In this document: piece after piece, positions 28,448 to 39,070 of the stretch
Numbering within the stretch: the stretch's first letter is position 1
How the letters are laid out: each line of letters begins with the position of its first letter
Assembly (NCBI GenBank): GCA_963743425.1
Contig: CAVUPU010000001.1
Location: forward strand, 302,003 to 366,002
Source of the DNA: an uncultured Acidobacteriota bacterium
GTDB lineage: Bacteria > Acidobacteriota > Blastocatellia > RBC074
DNA: 64,000 bases
Direction: 5' to 3'
The notes under the pieces: generated by a model
Told to the model about the DNA's origin: nothing
What the model saw: only the letters and a program-made list of their open reading frames with translations
The model's database searches: none
Translations under genes and position numbers: made by a program

Positions 28448-30998
28448 TCAAATGGAGAGATCTGGCCACGGATGGAAAAAGAGGAATTGATGTCCGAAAA
28501 TTCCAATGCCGTTCAGATTTCTGGATTTCGCGTGTGGTAGAGAACTCATAGTCACGTGACCAATTTTGGGGGCCGCTACATTCTCCGCGCCGCAAATTGC
28601 CCCGGCATCAGTCTGCGGACGCAGCCCCGGATCGATCGGTGTAGGCGCGGAGCCGAGATTGACCGCTCCTATGACCGCCTGCCGGCTCCCCGGTATGGCA
28701 GGGTCTATGTCAGAGATCGCCCTGATGCCAGCCACGATATTCGACCCGTTCGGAGCGCTTAATTGACTCACGTTGAAGTTCTTGTCGGTCTGGCTGTTTT
28801 CGCTGCCTGCGCGCACGTTTATATCAAGTGGGATCGGAGCCTCCAGGTACTTGGCGTAATTGGCGAAGACCTTGCCGCGGCCATTGCCGGTGAAGTCCCA
28901 GATAGCGCCGATACGCGGCTGCATGTTGCGGAAGGTCTGGTTGAGCTTGATGTACCCCGCGCCTTCGTTCCCATACGCTTGTTGATAGTCGAAGCGCAGG
29001 CCGCCATTAAGTTGGATATTGCGTGTCAACTTAAAATCGTTCTGCGCATAGAAACTCTCGACATTCGTGTATGTGTCCGCAATGTTCTTGAAGTCGCGGA
29101 CACGCACACTCGCGAGTACCAGGAAGGGGTTGTTACGGGCCTCATCCGCCGTGATCGCACCTTGAATTGCGCCGACAAAACCGGCCTGTGCGGCGATCAA
29201 TGCGGCGCGCGCAGCGGAGCTGGCGTCCGGGCAAACGATTTGATTGGTCCTGGTGGTGCAGACGCCAAAGCTATTGGTGATTCGGAAACCTGTCACCTGG
29301 TTGTTGCCGGCGCCACCTCTGAAAAACAGGTTATCCGGGTTGCTGAATGTCTGGGCCGGTCTCGCTCGAAACCGTGTTGATGTTATAGATGTTGCGGCTA
29401 TATTCGAAACCGTACTTAAGCGTGTTACGCCCGAGGGTGTTCTGCAACCTGGCCGAGAACTCGAAGCGGTTGCGGTCCTGATTACTCACCAGTCCGAATC
29501 CCTGGCGGATAAAGTTGCGCTGCAACGAACCGCCCGGAGAGTTGACGAAACTGATGAATCCGAGATTTAGATCATCTATAGTGCCTTCATCATTACCATC
29601 ACCATCACCATCCGTATTGATAAAGGAGAAAGGAGTCGTGGTTACCGGAGCGACTGTATTGTTCGCTCGCAAAATCGCAAAGTTATCGGTCACTTGCGCT
29701 ATATCCGACACGCTCTGATTGGGGATAGTGTTGGCGCGTTGGATGTGCGCCCCGAACGCGAACTCGCCGATAAAGTTCGAAGAAAAGGTCGAATTTAAGC
29801 GCACTGCGTAGTTGTGGCCGCCGGTCTCGATCCTGCCCAGGAAGCTGTTCGGGTCGGCCCCGAAGCCGTTTCTGGCGTCTCTGTCTGCCGGAGCGCCGGT
29901 TTGCAGGAAGCCTTCCTGTTTGGTGAAATCGCCGAAGGTCGATACGGTCAGGATGTGCTTCTGGCTGATCCCGTATGTGACCTTGCCTGCGTAGAACGGA
30001 GTGGTGACCTTGTTATTCACTTCCTGCTGGAGCGTCTGCGTCAGGAGATGATTCTCGCGGCGCTGCGGGTTGAAGGCGCCGAAGAACCATAGCTTATCCT
30101 TCTTGATCGGCCCGCCCAGGTCGAATCCCGCGTCGAGTTCCGAAAACCCGTTCGTCGACGCGCCGGTGAAGGAGAAGTTCTTAGTCTCTCTGACGAACTT
30201 CTGCGGGTTTCCGTAAAAGAAGCCGTCGCCGTGAAACTCGTTGCCGCCGCTCTTGGTGATGACGTTGAAGATGCCCCCGGTCGTCTTGCCGTACTCCGCG
30301 CCGTAAGCGCCGGTCTTGATCTCGACCTCTTGAATGAACTCGAAGGGGAGGTTCGCGCCGGAGCCGCCGAAGGCCGGGTCGGTGGTGCTGACGCCGTCCA
30401 GGATGTAGTTGTTCTCAGGGCCGGAGGCGCCGCCGACCGAAGGGTCACGGTCCCGCCCAGAAGCGTCGCGCAGGCCCGAACGCGAAGCGGTCGGCGCGAT
30501 CGTGTAGAGCGATTGCACGGTGCGCTGCGTCGGGAAGTTGGAGAACTGCTCGGTGGTGACGTTCGTTCCCGTCGTATTGTTGCTCAAGTCCACCTCGGCG
30601 GCGCCGGCTGTGATCTCGATGGTGGCGGAAGCTCCTTGAGGCCGCAACCTGATGTCGAGCGTAGACGTCTTCGAGAGGTTCACCTCAACGTCGGCCTGTT
30701 CGAACTTGGCAAAGCCACTGACGGCTTCGACTATAACCGCGTATTTCCCGGGAGGGAGATTCGCGAACCGGTAACGTCCTTGGCTGTCGCTGGTAGCGGT
30801 CTGGGCCCGAATCAGGTTCGGACTCGACACCTTGACGGTCGCTCCGGGCACGACAGCGCCGGCGGTATCAGTCACCGTGCCTTCAATCGTTCCCGTTGTC
30901 GCTGTCTGGGCAAAGACGCCCGTTGCGAGGAGCGACAGTATTACAAAGGCGGCGAGCAGAGATATTGCGCTAGCCTTGAATAGACCTGCTTGTTTCAT
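28448..30998 (-). pseudogene. TonB-dependent receptor paralogue 2; frame broken near 29353-29355 and 3'-truncated
   Basis: The N-terminal part (MKQAGLFK...GTIEGTVTDTAG...) reads to 29331. The continuation TFSNPDNLFFRGGAGNNQVTGFRI... is in another frame, explained by an extra C in a CCC run. Homology ends near 28590, and the typical ...ALRLxF C-terminus and the last roughly 300 aa are missing. Confidence 0.75.
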
Positions 30999-31382
30999 GA
31001 TTAACCCTCCAATCGTCGAAGAGTCACTCGTCATCAGCCGAGCGGCTCGGATATATTTATCTCTTGAGTCGCCGCGTCAGGCGCCTCATCCATAGGATTT
31101 GGTTCGTTAGTGCCGGAAAAACTAAATCTAAGAGAGCAGTGACTTGGAAACTCGAATCAAGAATCAATATGAATCAAATTGTGTTGATATAAAACTACCG
31201 CCTGGATCGCTTTCCAACGCTTAATTAAGACGCAAGTGTTATTCCAGCGCTCCGGGTCAAAGAGAAATTTCAATCGCGCAAGATCATGCATAGCCTCGAA
31301 GTTTCAACCTTCGGGACATATGTCCGAGACTATGAATTACTTTCCAGATTTTTGTAGATCGGGCGCGATCATCTCTCGCTAT

Positions 31383-31858
31383 TATTGAGTTTCAGATAAA
31401 TAAGTTTACAAGGACCACGTAGGAAGCTCGTAAAATCAGGCTCCATTGAAGTTTCTTGTAAACTCTATTGACTATCAGTCAATAGATCAAACGACCCGAT
31501 ATTTGATCCCTGTTCTGCGCTGATCACTTCAGCAAGCACTGTGCCGCGCGGCTCAACCGTCAATTTGTTGAACTTAGCGAGACAGAGGGCGTCCGAATGG
31601 GTGAATTCACGAGATTGAATGAAAAAGCGCCTATTGCGCTGAGTGATTATGCGCAGTTCTGGGTCACGCCCTGCAAGCGCGGCCTGGCCTCACTCTGTAC
31701 GGTCACCAAGCTTGAAACCCGCCCGATGGAAGTAAGTTGGCGACAGGTCAGGCTCTTTAGTAACTTGGCAAAGCCACTGATCCGCTGCTGTCGTATTTCT
31801 GCGATCATGTCTGGAGCGGCGTTACACATTCGTAAACTTATTTATCTGAAACTCAATA
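31383..31858. mobile_element. 476-bp non-coding element bounded by perfect 27-bp inverted repeats (MITE-like)
   Basis: tattgagtttcagataaataagtttac (31383-31409) is the exact reverse complement of 31832-31858. Inside is a perfect palindrome, tctattgact-atc-agtcaataga (31464-31486). There is no convincing ORF. Confidence 0.4.
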
Positions 31859-31982
31859 GAAGGTCGGCAATCCTAAGCCATTGATTGAGGATGGTTTCCC
31901 TGTTCAGGCGGAGAGGAGCGATAGGTTATTTATGGCCTGCATGTCAAAAAATTGCCGTCTGAAAGCCCGTGAAAAGAATAGC

Positions 31983-32079
31983 GTCAGGCCGGTCTGGTTC
32001 AAGCGACTGGTACTGTCCGTCGCCGCTGGATCGCATGGGAAGGTGGGATCGATCTGCTGCAAAAACACGCAGCTTCCCA
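31983..32079 (+). repeat. 97-bp exact duplicate of an internal segment of TonB-receptor paralogue 1 (25723-25819)
   Basis: The two 97-nt strings are identical (gtcaggccggtctggttcaagcgactgg...cacgcagcttccca). The copy lies in the non-coding gap between receptor paralogues 2 and 3. Confidence 0.9.
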
Positions 32080-32368
32080 GGTGTTGCATGCGCGATTGAA
32101 CTCCTCCATGGCGCCCTTGAGTTCTTTGCCGGCGCCGGCGGCTAAGACCAATTTGGCCTTTATCGACAGGTGAACACCCATCTGCGCAATATGCCACAAT
32201 TGTTATACTTGAGAAAGGGGCCGCGCATTCCTCTCCAACCAAAACGAAGCGTTTATGGGTGGAGTATCCTGCGCGAAGAAAGATGAAACAAAAATGAGGC
32301 GGCAAGTAGAACTGCCGCCTCACAACATTGTGTCTTTCATCAAATGGTGATGAATGGTCGCTCAGCAA

Positions 32369-35300
32369 TTAGAAGCGAAGCCGCAGCGCCATTTGAATCA
32401 CGCGCGGGTTGCTGGTGAAGACCTCGTCCGGCGTGTTGAAAGAGCCCCGGCCGACCGTGTTGATATCCGACACGCCCGTCGTATCAGTGGGGATGACGGC
32501 ATTGGGCGAGCCGGGAATATACTGCGGATGGTTGAAGGCGTTGAAGAAGTCCACGCGGAACTGAAACTTCAAGCTTTCGGTCAGCGCGAAGTTCTTGTAG
32601 ACCGAGAAGTCGAGATTCTCGATGCCAGGCAATTGCAGGGTGTTGCGCGCCGAAGTCGTAATAGCCCCACGACCGGCCTGAATGTACTCGGCGTTCGGAT
32701 TGACCGCCAAATAGCCCACGGTTCTCTCCGCCGCAGTTTGAGCGCACGAACCGTCCTCGTTAAATGCAAGGCAGGTCTTCATCAAGGCGGTCACTGTGCT
32801 CGCCGTGCCCCGGACTCCGCTCGAATTCCGGATGGTACGGTCAGCGGCGGCGTCGCCGTTCAGGTTGGAGTCAATCCCGCTGAGCACGGTAGCTCGCTGG
32901 CCCGCCTCGAAGCTCAGTGTGCCGGCAAAGTTGAATCCGCCCAGCAAGGCGCGCGTCAACCTGCCCGATTGTTTGAAGAACGGCAGCTCATAGAGGCCGG
33001 AGAAGACAAAGCGATGACGGCGATCGAGCGCCGAATCGGCCTTCTCCGCCCGCAGATTTTGGAAGTCCTCGACGCGGCGCGGCGAGAGCACAGTAGAAAA
33101 GACCTCGGCCGTCGTGTCGTCAATTAAGTGACTCCACGTATAAGCCGCCGAAGCCTGAATGCCGCTCGCTAAGCGGCGGGTCAACTGCGTCGAGAAGCCG
33201 TGATAACTCGAATTGCCGTTCGACAGGAAGCCGATGACGGCCGCGCCACCGAACCCGCCCGCGCCAAAGCGCGGTACGATGTTCGAGCGGGAGTCGATTT
33301 GCGACAGGGTCAGCGGCATCGCATCTATCTGCGCCTGCGTGGGAGCGGATAGTAAAGTCGGTAGGCCGCCCAACGCTGGCGTTACCTTGGGTTGAATGTT
33401 GATACGGTTTTGGGTGAGCAAGTGGACGCCTCGCGTGCCCAGGTAGCGCATCTCAAGCGACCAGTCCTTCAGGAATTGACGCTGGAGACTGAGGGTGTAT
33501 GTGATGGAATACGGCACTTCCTGATCGGGAATGAAGGCCGACGTAACCGATCGCGCTACCGCCGGGTCGGTGATGCCGCTGACCGGAGTGTTGGGAATAC
33601 CGCCGTTAGACAGAAACTGTGGCGTGAAGTCGTTGACGTCGGTGTCAACCGTCTGATTGGCCTGCGGCGGCAGCGCCAGGATATAGAGGTTGTCGAAGAT
33701 GTAATCGTACCCCATCGAGAAGCCGGCGCGGATCGAGCTTTGGCCGCTCGAACCAAAGACGCGTCCCAACAGGCCGTTGCTGAAATTGGGCGACCAGGCG
33801 ATGCCGAGCTTCGGCGCGAAGTTCGCCTTCTGTTCTCTCGGCTCCCTGAATTCGATCAGGCCCGGAACCGAGGAAAGCGAGTTCAGCGCCTGCAGATTCG
33901 CGCCGGTCGGAACATCCTGGTACGAATAATTCAGTCCCAGGTTGAGGGTCAGGTTCGGGCGAATGCGCCAGTCGTCCTGGATGTACGGGAAGAAGAGCTT
34001 CTGGTTGCCGTAGTAGGGCGAGGCGCCAACGGTGCGCTCGCCCAGGAAGTCCGGACTGAGATCGCGCAGGAAGAAATCCGTCGCGGTGTACTGGTAATCG
34101 CCGCGCTCGCGCTGCACAAATGATTGCGGCGAGATAATGTTGCGGAAATCAACGCCGAACTTCAGCGAATGGTTGCCGATAAAGTAGGTCGTGTTGTTGA
34201 CCAACTGATAGTTGTTCTCGATGCCGAATTGCGGGAAATTGCCGTTAGGCCCGATGTTGAAGCCCAGATCCAACAAGCCAATGTTGGGAAAGGTATCGAG
34301 ACCGGGGAACGAAAGGCCGTCCGGTACCGGGAATCTTTGTACGCTGCGGCGATAAGCCAGCCGCGTCTCGTTGGTCAGCTTTGCCGTAAAAGTATGCAAA
34401 AGCGTGTAGGAGAAGAGCCGGTTCTCGATCGGCGTCTGCACGAAGAAGGCCGGAATGAATGCGCCCGTGTCAATGGCCTTGAAATTGTTGTGGATGAAGC
34501 GGGCGCGGTGTTGCGTCTTCTCGTTCTGCGAGAAGTTGATGTTGATTACGAAGTTTTTGTTGGTGGTGAAATTCGGGGCCGCGAAGTTGAGGTTCCCAAC
34601 CGGGATGCTCACGAAGTTATCATTCGGGCAGACGCCCCCGGTCGGAACCACCGCACAAACATCAATCGTGCCGGCATCCGCCGCCGGCGCCACCGGCACA
34701 AACTGCGTGAATATGCCGATGTTGGTGGTTGAGATACCCGGCAGCGTGCGAATCGTCGCAAGCCCTGCCGCCGTAGGCGCCGTCAAGCCGCCGGCCGAAG
34801 CCGCATCGCCGGTCTGGATTCTTTCGTAAGACGTGAAAAAGAAGAGTTTGTCTTTGAAGATCGGGCCGCCGACATTGCCGCCGAATCGCCCAAAGTCCGA
34901 ACGCGGGATGAAATCATCTTCCCGGCCCGGGATCCGCTCACGAATCACGCCAGCTCTTTTCTGCAAATTGTCGAGGGAGTTGAGGAAGCGGTTCTGGAAA
35001 AACGAGTAGCCCGTGCCGTGAAACTGATTGGTGCCGGTCTTGGTCACGGTGACGAACTGCCCGCCGTTCGAGCGTCCGAACTCGGCGGAGAATTGATTGG
35101 CGAGCAGCGAGAACTCAGAGACGGTTTCAGGTGAGACGTAAAGCTGTGGCCCGGTCACCGACTTATCGTTGTTGTCCACGCCATCCACCACGAAGTTGTT
35201 ATTGCGCGGACGCTGTCCTCCGACCGAACCACCGGTGCCGACGCCGACTCCGCCACTGCTGGAAACGTTCGGCGCGATCAAAGCCAGGTTGTTCACGCCG

Positions 35301-35788
35301 CCTCCGAAGGCGCCGCCGATGTTGGTCTGCGCTAGTTCCACGGCCTGCCGCTCGTTGAAGCCCTTCGAGAGTGTGGTCGTGGTCGTATCCACCAGTTCTG
35401 TTCCTCCGGCGGAAATTTCCACCACCTCATTCGTGCCACCAATTTGCGCTTGCGCTGTAACGTCTGTCGTCTGGTTCAACTCCACTCGGACATCATTGAT
35501 GGTCAACTTTTTGAAGCCCGAGGTTTCCACAGTCAAGATGTATTCACCGGGAAGCAGATCGTTGAATTGATACTCACCCTGTCCGGAAGACTGGGAGGTG
35601 GCTGATACGTTGGTGTTTTTGTTGGTAATGGTCACTTTGGCGCCGGCGATCACGGCGCCAGTCGGGTCTTGCACGATTCCACGAACTTTCCCTGTCGTCA
35701 CCTGAGCCTGTATGGATACCAAACAGGCCAGAACAACTATGCCCAGCCCGATGACTTGCGATAATCGTCGAAAAACAGCTTTTGTCAT
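32369..35788 (-). CDS. TonB-dependent receptor with an N-terminal CarboxypepD_reg domain (paralogue 3)
   Basis: 1139 aa: signal peptide, then GKVRGIVQDPTGAVIAGAKVTITN, and the C-terminal ...VIQMALRLRF. Confidence 0.85.
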   Translation of the reverse strand: MTKAVFRRLSQVIGLGIVVLACLVSIQAQVTTGKVRGIVQDPTGAVIAGAKVTITNKNTNVSATSQSSGQGEYQFNDLLPGEYILTVETSGFKKLTINDVRVELNQTTDVTAQAQIGGTNEVVEISAGGTELVDTTTTTLSKGFNERQAVELAQTNIGGAFGGGVNNLALIAPNVSSSGGVGVGTGGSVGGQRPRNNNFVVDGVDNNDKSVTGPQLYVSPETVSEFSLLANQFSAEFGRSNGGQFVTVTKTGTNQFHGTGYSFFQNRFLNSLDNLQKRAGVIRERIPGREDDFIPRSDFGRFGGNVGGPIFKDKLFFFTSYERIQTGDAASAGGLTAPTAAGLATIRTLPGISTTNIGIFTQFVPVAPAADAGTIDVCAVVPTGGVCPNDNFVSIPVGNLNFAAPNFTTNKNFVININFSQNEKTQHRARFIHNNFKAIDTGAFIPAFFVQTPIENRLFSYTLLHTFTAKLTNETRLAYRRSVQRFPVPDGLSFPGLDTFPNIGLLDLGFNIGPNGNFPQFGIENNYQLVNNTTYFIGNHSLKFGVDFRNIISPQSFVQRERGDYQYTATDFFLRDLSPDFLGERTVGASPYYGNQKLFFPYIQDDWRIRPNLTLNLGLNYSYQDVPTGANLQALNSLSSVPGLIEFREPREQKANFAPKLGIAWSPNFSNGLLGRVFGSSGQSSIRAGFSMGYDYIFDNLYILALPPQANQTVDTDVNDFTPQFLSNGGIPNTPVSGITDPAVARSVTSAFIPDQEVPYSITYTLSLQRQFLKDWSLEMRYLGTRGVHLLTQNRINIQPKVTPALGGLPTLLSAPTQAQIDAMPLTLSQIDSRSNIVPRFGAGGFGGAAVIGFLSNGNSSYHGFSTQLTRRLASGIQASAAYTWSHLIDDTTAEVFSTVLSPRRVEDFQNLRAEKADSALDRRHRFVFSGLYELPFFKQSGRLTRALLGGFNFAGTLSFEAGQRATVLSGIDSNLNGDAAADRTIRNSSGVRGTASTVTALMKTCLAFNEDGSCAQTAAERTVGYLAVNPNAEYIQAGRGAITTSARNTLQLPGIENLDFSVYKNFALTESLKFQFRVDFFNAFNHPQYIPGSPNAVIPTDTTGVSDINTVGRGSFNTPDEVFTSNPRVIQMALRLRF

Positions 35789-36206
35789 TTAAGTTACATC
35801 CTTTCTGATTTTGTCTGATTTTGGCATTCGCGGCTGGTAAACCCACGTCGCCGCATATGGTCTTCCAGCCTAGCTTACTTGTGATATGATTTGTAAAGAC
35901 TGCAAAAAATTGGATTGTGCCCACAGTTTGGAAGTTACTCCAAGACTACAAATTTATGCAATCATTATTCCAGTTTATGGACAATCTTTCTGTGAGGCTG
36001 AACTGTCGGGAAGTAGTATGGTTAGCCTGTGCATTTGGGACAATATATGGGTTGTTGTCGAATGATCGTTCAGAAAACTGCACGAAAATTCAGATTCTCG
36101 GATTCCATTCCATTGCTATGTCGAATATTCGACTCTCACCGGATTCAATCAAGATGGTCTTTTAATGAAAGCGCTCGCGCTCTCTTGGCAGTCGGCGCTT
36201 ATGTCT

Positions 36207-36420
36207 TTTACTGTTTAGCCTCCAAAAGCTGCTTGACGAAATCAGTGTGCCCGGATGAAGCCAGCCCTTGTTGCAGGACGGGCAGGACCTTCACCATATC
36301 GTCCTTCAGCAGCGCCTTGACATCGAGCCTGAGTCCGGGAAAGGTTCGACTGCGAATGACGCCGTCTTCATCGGGGCTCAGTGAAACGTTCTGAAAATTT
36401 CTCTTGGCCTGAAATTGCCC
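36207..36420 (-). pseudogene. C-terminal fragment of a Uma2-family (DUF820) endonuclease
   Basis: The minus-strand frame reads ...SPDEDGVIRSRTFPGLRLDVKALLKDDMVKVLPVLQQGLASSGHTDFVKQLLEAKQ*. It has no start codon and no N-terminal domain. The family call is from memory of Uma2 C-termini. Confidence 0.35.
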
Positions 36421-36666
36421 GTAAGTATAGCGCTTTGGCCCGCGTTTATCGTAGACTTAGCGCGCGATTCGCAGCGGCGCGCGGCGCGGAAGTCGCGGGA
36501 GAACAGGATCGGCGATACCCCCCCCCGTTTTGATCCATCCCCAAATTCATGTATTGTAGCTAATTCTTGAATCTTACGTCATCTTTTGCTATTGGTTGCC
36601 TTCTACAGCAAAGCAATTGTGCTATAAAATCAGCGAAGCGGCGATCAAAGCCCCACAGGAAATCGC

Positions 36667-37773
36667 ATGAAGCGCAGCAAGGACACCATGAAGAGAGCAG
36701 CCCGCGTCTTCCTCAACAATCTCAATCAGGGCAAAGCGGAAGAACTTCGGGCTTTTCTCCACCTCTGCCATGACGTTTTGCAGTTCTTCATCGATCTCTT
36801 TTGGGTGCGCGGCGAAATGACAGCCGGGTTTGCCGACCTGGAAACAGTCCATCTCGCCACGCGTCGCTTCGGGATTACTACGCGACTCGCCCAGGCGCTC
36901 GCCAAACAGGCTATGGAAATAGTCGCTTCTCAAAGAAGGAGGCCTGCAGGAGAGAGAAAGAAGCCTGCTCTTCGACGCCACGTCGTAACGCTCTTTTACC
37001 ACTTTCTGACGCTGGAAGAATTTCAAGGCGAAGAGTTCGACTTTGCCGCCGTGTTTGTCGGCTCTGGCGCGCCACGCCTGACCGCGCCTTTTCGCTCCAC
37101 GCCGCCGATCAACAAATTCCTCTCTGACGGCTGGATGATCTCCAACACTGTCCGGCTGGGCATGAGGCGTGGCAGATTGTGGATCGAACTGATCTTCGAG
37201 AAAGAACGTCCTGAGCCGAAAACAGAAGGCCGGGTAGTAGGGATGGACTCCAACTACCGCAACGGCCTGGTCTTCTCTGACGGCCAACAGGTCGGACAAG
37301 AACTTCACGCAAAGATTCAGAGTTTTGACAAAAGAGAAAAACACACGCGCCGACAGATCAAGGAAGAATTGGCGCGAGAGATCAAAAAGATTGACCTCGC
37401 GGAGGTCAAGACAGTTGTCATCGAAGACCTCAAGAGGGTCAAAGATGGCAAGCGCGGAACGTTTTCGCGCACAATGAACAGACGATTGTCTCATTGGCAG
37501 TACGCTTATGCCATTGATCTGCTCGAACGGCGTTGCGAGATCGAAGGGGTTCGGCTGGAAAGGAAAGACCCCTGGAAGACTTCGCAGCACTGTCCGGCCT
37601 GCGGTAGATGGGACAAGCGAAATCGCAGAGGTGACGAGTTTTGTTGTGTGTTTTGTGGCTATTCCGATCATTCCGACTTCAAAGCCGCGAAAACTCTAGA
37701 GCTTCTGGAATTGGCGGGAGTCTATGGTCTCCGTTCGCTGCCAAGCTTGACTGTTAGCTCGGTGCAAAACTGA
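36667..37773 (+). CDS. Compact TnpB/Cas12-like RuvC nuclease (368 aa), stand-alone
   Basis: Candidate RuvC-I is VVGMDSNY and RuvC-II is VVIEDLKRV. The zinc ribbon is CPACG...CVFCGY, followed by SDHSDFKAAKTL at the RuvC-III position. No tnpA, no CRISPR array and no obvious IS ends are nearby. Confidence 0.6.
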   Translation: MKRSKDTMKRAARVFLNNLNQGKAEELRAFLHLCHDVLQFFIDLFWVRGEMTAGFADLETVHLATRRFGITTRLAQALAKQAMEIVASQRRRPAGERKKPALRRHVVTLFYHFLTLEEFQGEEFDFAAVFVGSGAPRLTAPFRSTPPINKFLSDGWMISNTVRLGMRRGRLWIELIFEKERPEPKTEGRVVGMDSNYRNGLVFSDGQQVGQELHAKIQSFDKREKHTRRQIKEELAREIKKIDLAEVKTVVIEDLKRVKDGKRGTFSRTMNRRLSHWQYAYAIDLLERRCEIEGVRLERKDPWKTSQHCPACGRWDKRNRRGDEFCCVFCGYSDHSDFKAAKTLELLELAGVYGLRSLPSLTVSSVQN

Positions 37774-37855
37774 GCAAAGGTTTTAGCAACCATAATTATC
37801 CGACTCCATACGCTTGAATCGTCCTCTCTCAATACCAATACTGAGGTTTTACGCA

Positions 37856-39022
37856 ATGATGAGACTCATACACCGATCATTCTTTTCGTTGGCGCTTGTT
37901 CTGTTGTTGTTCGGGCTGGCTGGCGCGCAAGGCGTGGTTTATACAGTGCAATTCAAAGCCTCGCCCACCAGAGAAGAGGCCGAAGAGGAGGTCAGACAAC
38001 TCAAGGCCAGGAACATCTCCGCATACATAATCAAAAGCGTCGTCCCTGGCAAAGGCGTGTTTTATCGCGTTCGCGCGGGGGTCTTCTCGAACCAAAGTGA
38101 CGCGAAGAGATTCGGCGCCAACTTGCAACAGCGCGGCGTGGTCTCGGAATTTTTCGTCACGAATTACGAGAAGCCGGCTGATGAGGTCGCGTCCCGCCCC
38201 GCTCCGACAAGCCCGCCCCAGACGAAGGCGCCGGCGAGGACCAGTCAGCCCGCTCTCAGCATCGTTGACGGCGATGCTCCGGGCCCCGCGCGGCCCGCCG
38301 CACAGAAACGGCTCGAAAGCGCGCCTCTCAACCCCGATCCCGCCGCAGCTCCGGACCTCGCTCCCGCCGCGAGCAGATCCATAACCGAAGCGCGAACCAG
38401 CCCTCCGGTCAATTCCACGACGCCCCCTGTGGCGAATGCGCCAACCAGGCCGGCGCCGAATACGGCGAATGATTCCGGATCGAGCGCCCCTGTGAGAGAG
38501 GCTCCGGCCGCTACGCTGCCGAGCGGCTTCTTGCGGTTTCGAGATCCGAAAATCGGCTACTCGTTCGATTATCCCGATTACTGGACCGGGCAGCCGCTGA
38601 GCGACAAGGAGGCCAACGAACAGCGCATGAACGCTGGAGCGATGTTCTCATCCCAGAAGGACTCCGCTTTCCTCAGCGCCATCTGGAACGAACTCGATAA
38701 GGCCAACAACCCGGCGAACGAAAACGATCTGATTGTCAACGTGATCTTGAGGAGCATGTCGGCGAGCGATGGTATCTCCAAATTGGAGGAGACCGCTCGC
38801 CGCGTAGAGGATCGCAACGGCTTGATCAAGACCTATCTGGATTTGAAGGCCGTTTTTCAAACTCAGGAGCAGAGCGCCCCGCTCGATTTTCTGGGCAAGG
38901 CCGTGATCGTCCGCGCCGGCCGGGGCATCCTGCTCGTCGCCACCTTCTACTCGAAAGACGCGGCCCCCAATGTCGCCATCGCCGCCGGTAAGATCATCGC
39001 CAGCGCCCGCGTGCCCGAGTAA
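37856..39022 (+). CDS. SPOR-domain protein with a Pro/Ala-rich linker and an unknown C-terminal domain
   Basis: Signal/TM segment FFSLALVLLLFGLAGAQG, then YTVQFKASPTREEAEEEVRQLKARNISAYIIKS...YRVRAGVFSNQSDAKRF, which is a SPOR-like beta-alpha-beta-beta repeat. Confidence 0.65.
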   Translation: MMRLIHRSFFSLALVLLLFGLAGAQGVVYTVQFKASPTREEAEEEVRQLKARNISAYIIKSVVPGKGVFYRVRAGVFSNQSDAKRFGANLQQRGVVSEFFVTNYEKPADEVASRPAPTSPPQTKAPARTSQPALSIVDGDAPGPARPAAQKRLESAPLNPDPAAAPDLAPAASRSITEARTSPPVNSTTPPVANAPTRPAPNTANDSGSSAPVREAPAATLPSGFLRFRDPKIGYSFDYPDYWTGQPLSDKEANEQRMNAGAMFSSQKDSAFLSAIWNELDKANNPANENDLIVNVILRSMSASDGISKLEETARRVEDRNGLIKTYLDLKAVFQTQEQSAPLDFLGKAVIVRAGRGILLVATFYSKDAAPNVAIAAGKIIASARVPE

Positions 39023-39070
39023 AGAAGACAAGGAAAAGGGGAGCCAGGGAGAAGAGGATAGAAGATCGCG

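Noticed and set aside
31597-31884. 95-aa ORF (and the antisense 60-aa ORF) inside the 27-bp-IR element, considered as a possible transposase remnant.
   Set aside because: There is no DDE, HUH or serine/tyrosine recombinase motif, the composition is atypical, and the ORF crosses the right inverted repeat.
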